From NCBI GenBank assembly GCA_003220315.1, contig QHSA01000145.1, forward strand, positions 1,087-65,086: a DNA stretch of 64,000 bases. Direction: 5' to 3'. Shown here piece after piece: positions 31,957 to 40,472 of this stretch. The DNA comes from Candidatus Rokuibacteriota bacterium. Lineage in GTDB: Bacteria > Methylomirabilota > Methylomirabilia > Rokubacteriales > CSP1-6. The notes under the pieces are model-generated. The model was not told the origin of the DNA and searched no databases. It saw only the letters and a program-made list of their open reading frames with translations. A program made the translations under genes and the position numbers. The stretch's first letter is position 1. The number at the start of each line of letters is the position of its first letter.

Positions 31957-32059
31957 GGGGGGCTCCGCCGGAATCCGACTGCGCTCCGTGCGCACGTCCG
32001 ACGTTCTCTGCACGAGGCGAGGGCAACGCTGACGACAACGGATTCCGCCGGAGCCCCCC
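31957..32059 (+). repeat. Long imperfect hairpin: 21-nt arms (GGGGGGCTCCGCCGGAATCCG / CGGATTCCGCCGGAGCCCCCC, one mismatch) with a 61-nt loop.
   Basis: Arms seen directly in the 138-bp spacer between the USP/PCP_red gene and the radical SAM gene. Confidence 0.45.
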
Positions 32060-32079
32060 ACACCCCCAGCGGGAGCGGC

Positions 32080-33480
32080 ATGTCTCTGCCTGCGAGGCCC
32101 ACCCCTTCCACTCCTCCGCCATCGCCACCGCCGTCGTCCACATCCCCGCCGACCGGCGCGGTCAGTCCGTACACGGCGTACAGCGTGTCGTGGAACCTGA
32201 CACAGCGGTGCAACCTCGAGTGCGCGCACTGCTACATGTCGGCGTTCGCGGGCGCCGACACGCGAGGGGAGCTCACCACCGGCGAATGCCGTCGCGTGCT
32301 GGACGAGATCGCCCAGGTCAACCCGAACGTGTTCTTGATCCTCACCGGCGGCGAGCCGCTCCTGCGGCGCGACATCTGGGAGATCGCCGCCTACGCCGCC
32401 GAGAAGCGGTTCACGACGGTCCTCGGCACCAACGGCGTGCTGCTGGGCGAGCGCGAGGCGCGACGCATGCGCGAGCACGGGGTGCTGGGCGCGTCGATCA
32501 GCCTCGACTCCACCGACCGCGTCAAGCACGACGCGTTCCGCCACCTGCCGGGCGCCTGGGACGGCGCCGTGCGCGCCACGCGGGTGCTCGGCGATGCGGG
32601 CCTCGACTTCTCGCTGCACATGTCGGTGACGGACTGGAACGTCGGCGAGATCCCCGCGATGATCGACCTCGCGAGGGCGCTCGGGGCGAAGGTCCTGAAC
32701 TTCTTCTTCCTCGTGCGGACGGGCCGGGGGCGGGACCTCACCGACGTCGACGCGACCGCCTACGAGCGGATCCTGACGTCCCTGGCAAAGGCTCAGAGCG
32801 TCGGCGGCACGGCCGCCGGGAGGTTCGAGGATCCGTGGTCGGCGCCGGTGGGCCGCGCGGACGGCCTGCTCATCCGCGCCAAGTGCGCCCCGCACTTCAG
32901 GCGAATCCTCTGGCAGCAGAACCCGTCGTCACCGCTCCTCCAGAACTACGCCCACGGCTCGTGCCCCGCGGGGAAGTACTACTGCCGCATCACGCCCGAG
33001 GGCGACGTGACGCCGTGCCCCTACATGCCGGTGGCGGCGGGGAACCTCAGGACCGCGAGCTTCGCCGAGCTCTGGCGCGGGGCGCCGGTCTTCGACAACC
33101 TGCGCGACCCGAAGCTCGGCGGCCGCTGTGGGGCGTGCGAGTTCTCGAAGATCTGTGGCGGCTGCCGGTGCCGCGCTTACGCGACGTACGGCGACTACCT
33201 CGCGGAGGATCCCGCGTGCGGCTACGCGCCCGGGGCCCACGGCGGAGCGGTCATCGAGCTGCCCGCGACGGTCACGTTCGGACTGCCGGTGGCGTGGGAG
33301 CTCGCGTGGGATGCGGACGCGCGCGAGCGGCTCCAGGCGATCCCGTCCTTCGCCCGCGGGATGGTCGTCAAGGCGGTCGAGGCGTATGCGCGCGGGCGCG
33401 GAGACGCCGTCGTCACGCGGGAGCTCTTGGCCGAGGTCCGGGCGAAGTGGGGCGGCCGGTTCCGGCCGTCGCGCCCGTGA
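32080..33480 (+). CDS. Radical SAM/SPASM-domain enzyme of the NirJ/AhbC/AhbD (tetrapyrrole-modifying) family with C-terminal PCP_red-like domain and Pro/Ser-rich N-terminal extension.
   Basis: SWNLTQRCNLECAHCY (CxxxCxxC) hallmark of the NirJ/Ahb family, C-terminal Cys-rich SPASM region (CPAGKYYC ... CGACEFSKICGGCRCRA) and a terminal PCP_red repeat (WDADARERLQAIPSFARGMVVKAVEAYARGRGDAVVT). Confidence 0.85.
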   Translation: MSLPARPTPSTPPPSPPPSSTSPPTGAVSPYTAYSVSWNLTQRCNLECAHCYMSAFAGADTRGELTTGECRRVLDEIAQVNPNVFLILTGGEPLLRRDIWEIAAYAAEKRFTTVLGTNGVLLGEREARRMREHGVLGASISLDSTDRVKHDAFRHLPGAWDGAVRATRVLGDAGLDFSLHMSVTDWNVGEIPAMIDLARALGAKVLNFFFLVRTGRGRDLTDVDATAYERILTSLAKAQSVGGTAAGRFEDPWSAPVGRADGLLIRAKCAPHFRRILWQQNPSSPLLQNYAHGSCPAGKYYCRITPEGDVTPCPYMPVAAGNLRTASFAELWRGAPVFDNLRDPKLGGRCGACEFSKICGGCRCRAYATYGDYLAEDPACGYAPGAHGGAVIELPATVTFGLPVAWELAWDADARERLQAIPSFARGMVVKAVEAYARGRGDAVVTRELLAEVRAKWGGRFRPSRP

Positions 33481-33905
33481 CCACGGTCGAGCGACGATTC
33501 CGCCAGGCCGCGTGGACGTACCTCGGCTACGGCATCGTGTACTGGGTCACCGCGCTCTATCTGCAGCTCGCGGTCTTCCCGGTGCGCGGCCGGCCGCTCT
33601 TCTGGTTCGGCGTCGGCGCGCTGATCGCCGTGGGCGTCCCCCCGCTCCTCTACCGCCCGCGCCGGTGGTTCGAGCGCTGGGTGCTCTCGCGGCGCGACCT
33701 CGCCCGGATCCTGGCGGTCCTGGTCGCGGTTCGCGCGCTCTTCGTCGCGCGCCTCGCGCTCGTCGGCGCCGAGTCGATGCGCATGCCGACCTTCGGGGGC
33801 GCGGTGCCGCCGAGCCCGGCCGCCGCCTGGCTGATGGCGCTCGTCGCCGCCGTGACCGCCGCGATGCTGGCGCGCGCGGCGTGGTCCTCCGAAGGCGCCG
33901 CATGA
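33477..33905 (+). CDS. Small integral membrane protein (about 142 aa, 3-4 TM), translationally coupled.
   Basis: GTGA overlap with the radical SAM stop and ATGA overlap with the Mrp start. Hydrophobic helices. No family recognised. Confidence 0.5.
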   Translation: MTTVERRFRQAAWTYLGYGIVYWVTALYLQLAVFPVRGRPLFWFGVGALIAVGVPPLLYRPRRWFERWVLSRRDLARILAVLVAVRALFVARLALVGAESMRMPTFGGAVPPSPAAAWLMALVAAVTAAMLARAAWSSEGAA

Positions 33906-34762
33906 AGAAGTACAAGGACATCGCGGGAGACGGCGGCTCGAACATCGTCGCCCAGGTCGAGGCCCAGCAGCGGAGGCTCAGGGCGCGTCTCGCCACCGTC
34001 CGCGCCGTCGTCGCGATCGTGTCGGGTAAGGGCGGCGTCGGCAAGTCGTCGCTCACCGCGAACCTCGCCTGCTGCCTGGCGCAGGCCGGCCTCCGGGTCG
34101 GCGTCCTCGACGCAGACCTCAACGGGCCCACGATGGCGAAGATGCTCGGCGTGCGCGGCCAGCGCCTCGTCCTGGCGTCGGGTGGCGTCGAGCCGCCGCG
34201 GACGTCGCTCGGCGTCAAGGTGATGTCCATGGACCTGCTGCTGCCGTCGGACTCGGCCCCCCTCCAGTGGAACGCGGTGACCCAGGACGAGGCCCATACC
34301 TGGCGCGGCTCGATGGAGGCGAGCGCGCTCCGCGAGTTCCTCACGGACACCAACTGGGGCGAGCTCGACCTGCTGCTGCTCGACCTGCCGCCGGGCACGG
34401 ACCGGCTCCTCACCATCGCCGCGCTGGTGGAGCGCCTGGCGGGGACCGTCGTCGTCACGATCCCGTCGGATGTCTCGCACCTCGTCGTGAGGAAGGCCAT
34501 CACGGTGGCGAGCCAGGTGAAGGCGCCCGTCCTCGGCCTCGTCGAGAACATGGCCGGGCTCTTGTCCGGCCCCGATGCCGCGCTGCTCGCCCGCGACGCG
34601 GGCATCCCCCTCCTCGGGCGTGTGCCCTTCGACCCGGCGCTCGCCGCCGCGGCGGATCGCGGCGAGCCCTTCGTCGCGGTCGCGCCGGAGAGCGCCGCCG
34701 CCCGCGCGCTCGTCGCGCTGGCGGCCGAGATCCAGGCGAGGATCACGGCGCCCGCGGCGTGA
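33902..34762 (+). CDS. Mrp/NBP35/ApbC-family Fe-S cluster carrier ATPase.
   Basis: Deviant Walker A GKGGVGKSS, ParA/MinD fold and CxxC-type carrier region. Confidence 0.85.
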   Translation: MKKYKDIAGDGGSNIVAQVEAQQRRLRARLATVRAVVAIVSGKGGVGKSSLTANLACCLAQAGLRVGVLDADLNGPTMAKMLGVRGQRLVLASGGVEPPRTSLGVKVMSMDLLLPSDSAPLQWNAVTQDEAHTWRGSMEASALREFLTDTNWGELDLLLLDLPPGTDRLLTIAALVERLAGTVVVTIPSDVSHLVVRKAITVASQVKAPVLGLVENMAGLLSGPDAALLARDAGIPLLGRVPFDPALAAAADRGEPFVAVAPESAAARALVALAAEIQARITAPAA

Positions 34763-34778
34763 GCTCCGTGTCTGCCTG

Positions 34779-35288
34779 GTGGTGACATCGACGCCGAAGT
34801 TCTGCAGCGCCTGCGGCGGCCGGCTCGCGGTCGTGCGCGAGGAGGGACGCTCGCGGCGGCGCTGCCGGCGCTGCGGCTTCACCGTCTACGGCAACCCCGT
34901 CCCGACGTCCGTCGCCCTCATCATGCGGGGCGGACGCGTCCTCTTGACCCGCCGGGCGCGCCCGCCCTACGCGGGGACCTGGGACGTGCCCGGTGGATTC
35001 CTCGAGGCGGGGGAGCATCCCGAGGCGTGCCTGCGTCGAGAGCTGCGAGAGGAGCTGGGGATGAGGGTCCGCCAGGCCCGGCTCCTCGATTTCGCCCTCG
35101 ACCGCTACGGGCCGAAGGGGTTTCCGCTGCTCACGCTCGTCTACCGGGTGACGCCGGCGCCTGGTCGCCTCACACCCGGGGACGACGTGAGCGAAGCGCG
35201 ATGGTTCCCGCGGAAGGCGATCCCGTACCATGCGATCGCGTTCCGAGGGCTGCGCCGCCTCCTGCGGCGCCGGATCAGCGGCAGGTGA
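34779..35288 (+). CDS. NUDIX hydrolase with N-terminal zinc ribbon (NudC-like, lacking the NudC N-terminal domain); GTG start.
   Basis: CSACG...CRRCG ribbon, then Nudix box GGFLEAGEHPEACLRRELREELG. Confidence 0.7.
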   Translation: MVTSTPKFCSACGGRLAVVREEGRSRRRCRRCGFTVYGNPVPTSVALIMRGGRVLLTRRARPPYAGTWDVPGGFLEAGEHPEACLRRELREELGMRVRQARLLDFALDRYGPKGFPLLTLVYRVTPAPGRLTPGDDVSEARWFPRKAIPYHAIAFRGLRRLLRRRISGR

Positions 35289-35970
35289 CGCCGGGCTCCA
35301 GCCGGTAGTTGGCGATCTGGAAGGTCTTGACGAAATCGTCCTCCCACGCCTGGATCGAGAGCCGCCCGAGCGGTGTCTCGCCGTCGAACCCGAAGACCGA
35401 GGCGCGTGCCCCCAAGTCGCGCAGCTTGACACCGCCGGCGATGTACGCGGCGACGGTCGGCCGGTCCGCGAAGACCGCGATCGTCTCGCGCACCGGCTGC
35501 GTCCCGGGCTGGCTCGTGGGCTTGAGCCAGTCGACGATGACCGTAAAGCCGTCGACGAGAGAATCGGTGACCAGCTCCGCGCGCTGAGTCATGCGTCGCA
35601 GCATGGGACCGACGTAACGGGAGAACATCGCGGCGGCGCGCCCGTCCATCTTCAGTGAGGCGAACTGGGGCGACGTCTCCTGGTCGACGTAGATCCGGAG
35701 CGAGAGATACCGGTCGTCTTTGGACGGGACCAGGTGCTTCGGCCGGAAGAAACCGATCGACTCCTTGGAAACCTCCAGCCAGGGCAGGCAGTGATAGATC
35801 CCCGCGTTGAGGTCGCGCAGCGCGGGCGCGTACTTCCGCGCGAGCGTGCGCGCCTTCTCGGACGTGTACTGGTCGACGGCGAGGATGCGGTCGTCGGGCG
35901 GCGCCGCGACGGCGCGCCCGACGACAATGAGGCCGAGCGCCAGGGCTGCCGTGAGCAGCCTAACGCTCAA
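35275..35970 (-). CDS. Secreted hypothetical protein (signal peptide, about 231 aa).
   Basis: Cleavable N-terminal signal sequence. Coding-like composition. No family recognised. Convergent with the Nudix gene. Confidence 0.5.
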   Translation of the reverse strand: MSVRLLTAALALGLIVVGRAVAAPPDDRILAVDQYTSEKARTLARKYAPALRDLNAGIYHCLPWLEVSKESIGFFRPKHLVPSKDDRYLSLRIYVDQETSPQFASLKMDGRAAAMFSRYVGPMLRRMTQRAELVTDSLVDGFTVIVDWLKPTSQPGTQPVRETIAVFADRPTVAAYIAGGVKLRDLGARASVFGFDGETPLGRLSIQAWEDDFVKTFQIANYRLEPGVTCR

Positions 35971-36215
35971 GAATCTGGTCCTGTCTCACCGTGATGGGCC
36001 GACCCGACCAGTTCGCCGCGCGTGCCGCGTCGAGGTCCGCGCGCGTCACCTGCGGGCTCGTGCCCGGGCGGTTTGCGCAACCAGCCGACAGAAGGAGCGC
36101 CGTCTCGTGTCACCCTCCTCCGCGCTCGAATGCGGCCATGCTACCGTCGTCGTCGCGTCCGGTCAATCCGTGGTTCGTGCTAGACTCGACACCGAGCTCG
36201 TCGAGGAGATTCGCA

Positions 36216-37091
36216 ATGCTCACGATCCACGCGTTGCCCGACGGCCGGCGCCGACCCATCCTCATCATGGCGTTCAGCGGCTGGAACGACGCGGCAGAGG
36301 CCGCGACGACCGCCGCGCGCTACCTGGCCACCGCCTTCCGCGCCGAGAAGTTCGCCGAGATCGATCCCGAGGAGTTCTACCACTTCGGCCTCTCCCGCCC
36401 CTACGTCCGCTTCAAGGCGGGCTCGGAGACGGACCGAGAGATCGTCTGGCCCGTGACCGAGTTCTCGATCGCCCAGGTGCCCGACCTCGCGCGCGACCTG
36501 ATCGTCGGCGTCGCGGCCGAGCCGCACCTCAAGTGGAAGACCTACTGCGCGACCGTGCTCGAGCTCGCGCGCCGGTGTGAGGCGACGGTGGTGCTGACGC
36601 TCGGCGCTCTCCTCGCCGAGGTCCCCCACACCCGCCCGGTCCGCCTGGTCGGCGGCGCGACCGACGCCGAGCTGGCCGCCCGGCTCGGCATCCGGCCCAC
36701 CAGGTACGAAGGGCCCACGGGCATCGTCGGGGCGCTGAGCACGATCTGCCGCGACCAGGGGTTCACGACCGCGAGCCTCTGGGCGAACGTGCCCCACTAC
36801 ATCTCGGGGATCGAGAACCCGAAGGCGACGCTCGCCCTCGTTCGACGCGTGCTCCCGCTGCTCGGCGCTACCCTGGACCTCGTCGACCTCGAGGACGCGG
36901 GCAGGCAGTTTGACCAGAACCTGACCGAGATCGTCCGGCAGAACGCGAAGATCGCAAACTACGTCAAGAAGCTCGAATCGCGCGACACCGAAGAGCCGTC
37001 CGCGGAGCCCAGCCGGGGGAGTGACCTGCCGCCCGCCTCAGAGCTCGTCGCCGAGATCGAGCAGTTCCTGCGGCAGCAGCGGCCGGAGTGA
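36216..37091 (+). CDS. PAC2 (proteasome assembly chaperone 2)-family protein.
   Basis: N-terminal LIMAFSGWNDAAEAAT motif characteristic of bacterial PAC2-family proteins. Confidence 0.7.
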   Translation: MLTIHALPDGRRRPILIMAFSGWNDAAEAATTAARYLATAFRAEKFAEIDPEEFYHFGLSRPYVRFKAGSETDREIVWPVTEFSIAQVPDLARDLIVGVAAEPHLKWKTYCATVLELARRCEATVVLTLGALLAEVPHTRPVRLVGGATDAELAARLGIRPTRYEGPTGIVGALSTICRDQGFTTASLWANVPHYISGIENPKATLALVRRVLPLLGATLDLVDLEDAGRQFDQNLTEIVRQNAKIANYVKKLESRDTEEPSAEPSRGSDLPPASELVAEIEQFLRQQRPE

Positions 37092-37969
37092 GCGGGGTCG
37101 CGCGCGCGGGTGTCCTCGCCGGCTGTGTGGTTGCTGGCGCGCTGGCCGGGGGCGCTCTCGCGGGCGAGCGGGCCGACGTCGTCTGGCATCCGACGCATCC
37201 GCGCGTCGGTGACGTCGCGTGGCTCCACGTGCGAAACGTGCCGGAGGCGGCACGGGTCGAGGGCTCCGTTGATGGGAGGCCGCTGACCTTCTTTCCCTAC
37301 GCGGGCGGTCACGCCGCCCTCCTGGGGATCGACCTCGAGGCCAAGCCCGGGGCACGACCGTGGGGGGTCGCCGTCCTCGAGCCCGAGCGGGAGCCGCGGA
37401 CGGCGCGTGGCACGGTGCGGTTCGTGCCGCGGCGGTTTCCGGTGGAGCGCCTCACGCTCCCGCGACCGATGGTGGAGCTCGACCCCGACACCGAACGCCG
37501 CGCGGTGGCGGAGGCCCAGCGGCTCACCGCGGTGTTCAGAGCCATCACTGCCGACCGCCTCTGGCGCGGCCGGTTCACACGCCCCGTCGGCGGGACGCTG
37601 CCCGGCACCGGCTTCGGCGCCCGGCGGATCATCAACGGCGCACCGCGCTCGCCGCACGGCGGGATCGATTACTCGATGCCCCTCGGCACTCCGGTCGTCG
37701 CGGCCAACACGGGCCGCGTGGCCCTCGTCGACGAATTCTTCTTCCCCGGGCGCCTGGTCGTGCTCGACCACGGCCTCGGTCTCTACACGCTCTACTTCCA
37801 CCTCGACTCGGTGACCGTCAGCGAGGGCGAGCGTGTCGAGCGCGGTCAGACCCTCGGGTCGGTCGGGGCCAGCGGTCGGGCGACCGGCCCGCACCTGCAC
37901 TTCGGGGCCCAGGTCGGCACCGCGCGGGTGGACCCGGCGGCCCTCCTGGGCCTCGCCCTCGGCGACTAG
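37088..37969 (+). CDS. M23-family metallopeptidase (LytM domain).
   Basis: HGGIDY...D...HLHFG zinc-ligand motifs and N-terminal signal/anchor. Confidence 0.85.
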   Translation: MSGVARAGVLAGCVVAGALAGGALAGERADVVWHPTHPRVGDVAWLHVRNVPEAARVEGSVDGRPLTFFPYAGGHAALLGIDLEAKPGARPWGVAVLEPEREPRTARGTVRFVPRRFPVERLTLPRPMVELDPDTERRAVAEAQRLTAVFRAITADRLWRGRFTRPVGGTLPGTGFGARRIINGAPRSPHGGIDYSMPLGTPVVAANTGRVALVDEFFFPGRLVVLDHGLGLYTLYFHLDSVTVSEGERVERGQTLGSVGASGRATGPHLHFGAQVGTARVDPAALLGLALGD

Positions 37970-37974
37970 AACAT

Positions 37975-37997
37975 GGGGGGCCCCGACATGGCCCCCC
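37975..37997 (+). terminator. G/C-run hairpin GGGGGGCC-ccgacat-GGCCCCCC 6 nt after the M23 stop; candidate terminator.
   Basis: Perfect 8-bp stem seen directly; same architecture as 5041..5070. Confidence 0.45.
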
Positions 37998-38043
37998 AAC
38001 CCCCCCAACGCTCGGAGCACCCCGGCCAAGCCGTGGCGCTCCT

Positions 38044-38117
38044 CGATGGCGAAGCCCGCGCTCGAACGGCGGTTACTCCAGCCGCGCCGATTGCGCCGGC
38101 GGAGCCGGCGCTCGAAC
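38044..38117. repeat. REP-like intergenic repeat, copy C (two sub-copies; contains the identical 25-mer gcgccggcggagccggcgctcgaac).
   Basis: 38093..38117 is identical to 7811..7835. 38044..38086 matches copy A (cgatggcgaagcccgcgctcgaacggcggttactc). Confidence 0.55.
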
Positions 38118-38137
38118 CCGGTCAGTCCAACACGTCC

Positions 38138-38374
38138 CTAGCGACGCCGCCGAGCCTTCGCCTTGCCCCGGGCCTTCCTCGACTTTCCCGTAGTCTTCCG
38201 CCGCGCGGCCGCCTTCTTCTTCGCCTTGGGCCTCGGCTTTGCCTTCGCCTTGGGCTTGGCCGCCTTCGCAGGCGGGCGCGGGGCCGAAGGCATGCTCGGC
38301 GCGGGCGACGTCATGGGCGGGGGCGGGGCAGGTGCGGGCATCCAGGGCTGGGGCTCACCGAACGTTCGTTCCAT
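38138..38374 (-). CDS. Small Lys/Ala/Pro-rich basic protein (histone H1-like).
   Basis: 78-aa ORF with KAAKPKAKAKPRPKAKKKAAARRK repeats typical of bacterial H1-like/AlgP-tail proteins. Low-complexity, so moderate confidence. Confidence 0.45.
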   Translation of the reverse strand: MERTFGEPQPWMPAPAPPPPMTSPAPSMPSAPRPPAKAAKPKAKAKPRPKAKKKAAARRKTTGKSRKARGKAKARRRR

Positions 38375-38453
38375 CGTCTCCTCCCTGTGCGGCAGCAGTT
38401 GGCTGGCGCTGGCCCTACCCTGCCGTCCGCACTCGACGAGCGCAAGAGGGAAA

Positions 38454-39473
38454 TTAGAGCGTGATTCTCCGCCGGAGGCGCGCGGCGTCGGCGCCGAGCG
38501 CGGTGTCGGACCAGACGGTGAGCGCCGAGCGAGTGAGCAGCGCGCGCACGGTCGCTCGAGGAATCTTGATCGGCGCCGTGACAGCGAGCGGATCCGGGTG
38601 CGCGGCGAGCGCGGCGAGGGTCGCGAGGCCGATCAGGAGGGGCCACGCGCACGCGAGCCGCATCCGCCACTCGCGCCGCGGGATCGCGAGCGTGTAGCGA
38701 CACGCGACATCGTAGTGAGCGAGCGCGGTCGCGAGAAGCCGCCGGTAGAGTGGGCGCACGCGCGCGCCGGCCCCGGGCTCGAGGAGGTCCTTCGGGACCA
38801 GGCCGAGGGCCCCGAGGTCGGCCGCGGGCAGGTAGCAGCGGCCGTGTCGGAGATCGCTCGGGATGTCACGGAGCACGTTCGTCATCTGGAGGGCCTTGCC
38901 GAAGCTCACGCCCTCCTGACTCTTCTCGCGTAGGTCCCAGCGCCGGAGGCGTGGGCGGTGGGCGGCGTGCAGAGCCGTCCAGAAGGGGCCGACGCAGCCG
39001 GCGACGAGGTACGTGTAGCGGTCGAGCTCGTCGAGCGTGTCGAGGGCGGCCAGGCTCGCGGCATCCTCCCCGGGGAAGCGGGCGAGGTCGAAGAGCATGC
39101 CGGTCGTCAGCGTGGCGAGGACCGCGCGGACTTCGGCGCGGTCCGCGGCCGGGAGCGCGTCGAGGCGCGCGAGCGCCTCGTCCAGGCGTTCGAGAAGCCG
39201 CCGCTCCGCGGCGTGGGCCTGGTGCGGCGCGCAGGCGCGTGCGACCGCGGCGACGTCGGACGCGGCGCCGGTGCAGGCGTGCCGGAGCGTCTCGACGTGT
39301 CGGACGCGCTCCTCCCGCGCGATGAGGCGCGTGTCGGCGACGGTGTCGGCCGCGCGCGCGAGCAGGTACGCGAGGCCGACCGGCTCACGGAGCGGGCGCG
39401 GGAGGATCGCGAGCGAGAGGTAGAAGCTCCGGCTGACCTGCCGCAGGAGGTCGCGCAGCAGGTCGTCGGCCAT
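38454..39473 (-). CDS. Squalene/phytoene synthase family protein (HpnC/HpnD/CrtB-like).
   Basis: N-terminal RSFYLS motif and isoprenoid-synthase helical fold; about 339 aa. Confidence 0.75.
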   Translation of the reverse strand: MADDLLRDLLRQVSRSFYLSLAILPRPLREPVGLAYLLARAADTVADTRLIAREERVRHVETLRHACTGAASDVAAVARACAPHQAHAAERRLLERLDEALARLDALPAADRAEVRAVLATLTTGMLFDLARFPGEDAASLAALDTLDELDRYTYLVAGCVGPFWTALHAAHRPRLRRWDLREKSQEGVSFGKALQMTNVLRDIPSDLRHGRCYLPAADLGALGLVPKDLLEPGAGARVRPLYRRLLATALAHYDVACRYTLAIPRREWRMRLACAWPLLIGLATLAALAAHPDPLAVTAPIKIPRATVRALLTRSALTVWSDTALGADAARLRRRITL

Positions 39474-39474
39474 C

Positions 39475-39771
39475 CTACTCGTAGTCGAAGGGGCGCTTCG
39501 GCGGGTCGGGCGAGTCCTTCGCCTTCTTGAGGCCCTCCTGGAACTTTCGGTCGAGGACTTTGCCCTTCTGCCCTTCCGCCTCGACGCCCTGGCGGAAGCG
39601 CTCCTCGATCTGGGCCGAGCGCGAGCGCAGCTTGTCGAGCGCTCCGCCGAGGTCGGCGACCGTGCGCGTCGGAGGGGGCGGCTCGTGCGCGATCACGGCC
39701 CGGAGCTCCGGGTCCAGCGTGAGCTTGGCCTTGCAGCACGGGCACTCGATCCTGAAGGACTTCTCCGCCAC
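39475..39771 (-). CDS. Small zinc-ribbon-like protein (98 aa, CPCC motif, charged C-terminus).
   Basis: GTG-initiated C-terminal part of ORF 39475..40473. The upstream part of that ORF is antisense to glcG and is discarded. Confidence 0.35.
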   Translation of the reverse strand: MAEKSFRIECPCCKAKLTLDPELRAVIAHEPPPPTRTVADLGGALDKLRSRSAQIEERFRQGVEAEGQKGKVLDRKFQEGLKKAKDSPDPPKRPFDYE

Positions 39772-39897
39772 GCGCTCACCGTAGCAGCGCCTCCGGGGAC
39801 CGTCAAGCGGGGCCGCACCGGGGGTCTTGACCGGGCCGGAGACCGCCGTTAAACTCGCGCCGCTCCACACCCACTCCACCCCGAAGGAGTAACGAGC

Positions 39898-40443
39898 ATG
39901 CTGAGAGTCCTGGCGACCCTCCTGATCTCGCTCACATTCGCGGCGGCCGCATCCGCCCAGCTCATGGACAAGAAGGCCCTCACCCTCGACGGCGCCAAGA
40001 AGCTCGCGGCGGCCGCCGAAGCCCAGCTCATGGACAAGAAGGCCCTCACCCTCGACGGCGCCAAGAAGCTCGCGGCGGCCGCCGAAGCCGAGGCGACGAA
40101 GAACAACTGGCGCGTGGTCATCGTCATCGTCGACGACGGCGGCCATCTCGTCTACCTCGAGCGGATCGACGACACGCAGACGGGCAGCATTGACGTCGCC
40201 ATCGCGAAGGCGCGAGGCGCGGTGGCCTACAAGCGTCCCACGAAGGTCTTCGAAGACGCGGTCACCGGCGGCCGGAACGTCATCATGGCGCTGCCCCACG
40301 CGATGCCGGTCGAGGGCGGGCTGCCGCTCGTCGTGGACGGCAAGCTCGTCGGCGGCATCGGCGTCAGCGGCGTCACCTCGCAGCAGGACGGGCAGATCGC
40401 CAAGGCGGGCGCGGACGCGCTGCCGAAGCTGCTCGGCAGGTAG
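39898..40443 (+). CDS. GlcG/HbpS-like haem-binding protein (DUF336) with signal peptide and an internal perfect 22-aa tandem duplication.
   Basis: C-terminal GGIGVSG motif of the GlcG family. AGGAG Shine-Dalgarno before the ATG. Confidence 0.75.
   Translation: MLRVLATLLISLTFAAAASAQLMDKKALTLDGAKKLAAAAEAQLMDKKALTLDGAKKLAAAAEAEATKNNWRVVIVIVDDGGHLVYLERIDDTQTGSIDVAIAKARGAVAYKRPTKVFEDAVTGGRNVIMALPHAMPVEGGLPLVVDGKLVGGIGVSGVTSQQDGQIAKAGADALPKLLGR
39955..40086 (+). repeat. Perfect 2 x 66-bp tandem direct repeat inside the glcG-like coding sequence (encodes AQLMDKKALTLDGAKKLAAAAE twice).
   Basis: Identical 66-mers at 39955..40020 and 40021..40086. Confidence 0.9.
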
Positions 40444-40472
40444 GCGCGCGGCGGCTCCGTCGCCATGCGACA

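Noticed and set aside
30879-33905. 1008-aa plus-strand ORF spanning the USP/PCP_red and radical SAM genes.
   Set aside because: Alternative frame of two well-supported genes. Only its last 142 codons (33477..33905, membrane protein) are plausibly coding.
38163-38933. 256-aa plus-strand ORF overlapping the histone-like gene and the squalene synthase gene.
   Set aside because: Low-complexity Ala/Arg/Gly translation, antisense to a gene with clear family motifs.
39955-40086. CRISPR array or other spacer-repeat structure.
   Set aside because: Only two identical, directly adjacent copies with no spacers, located inside a coding sequence. No cas genes. Nothing CRISPR-like elsewhere in the window.
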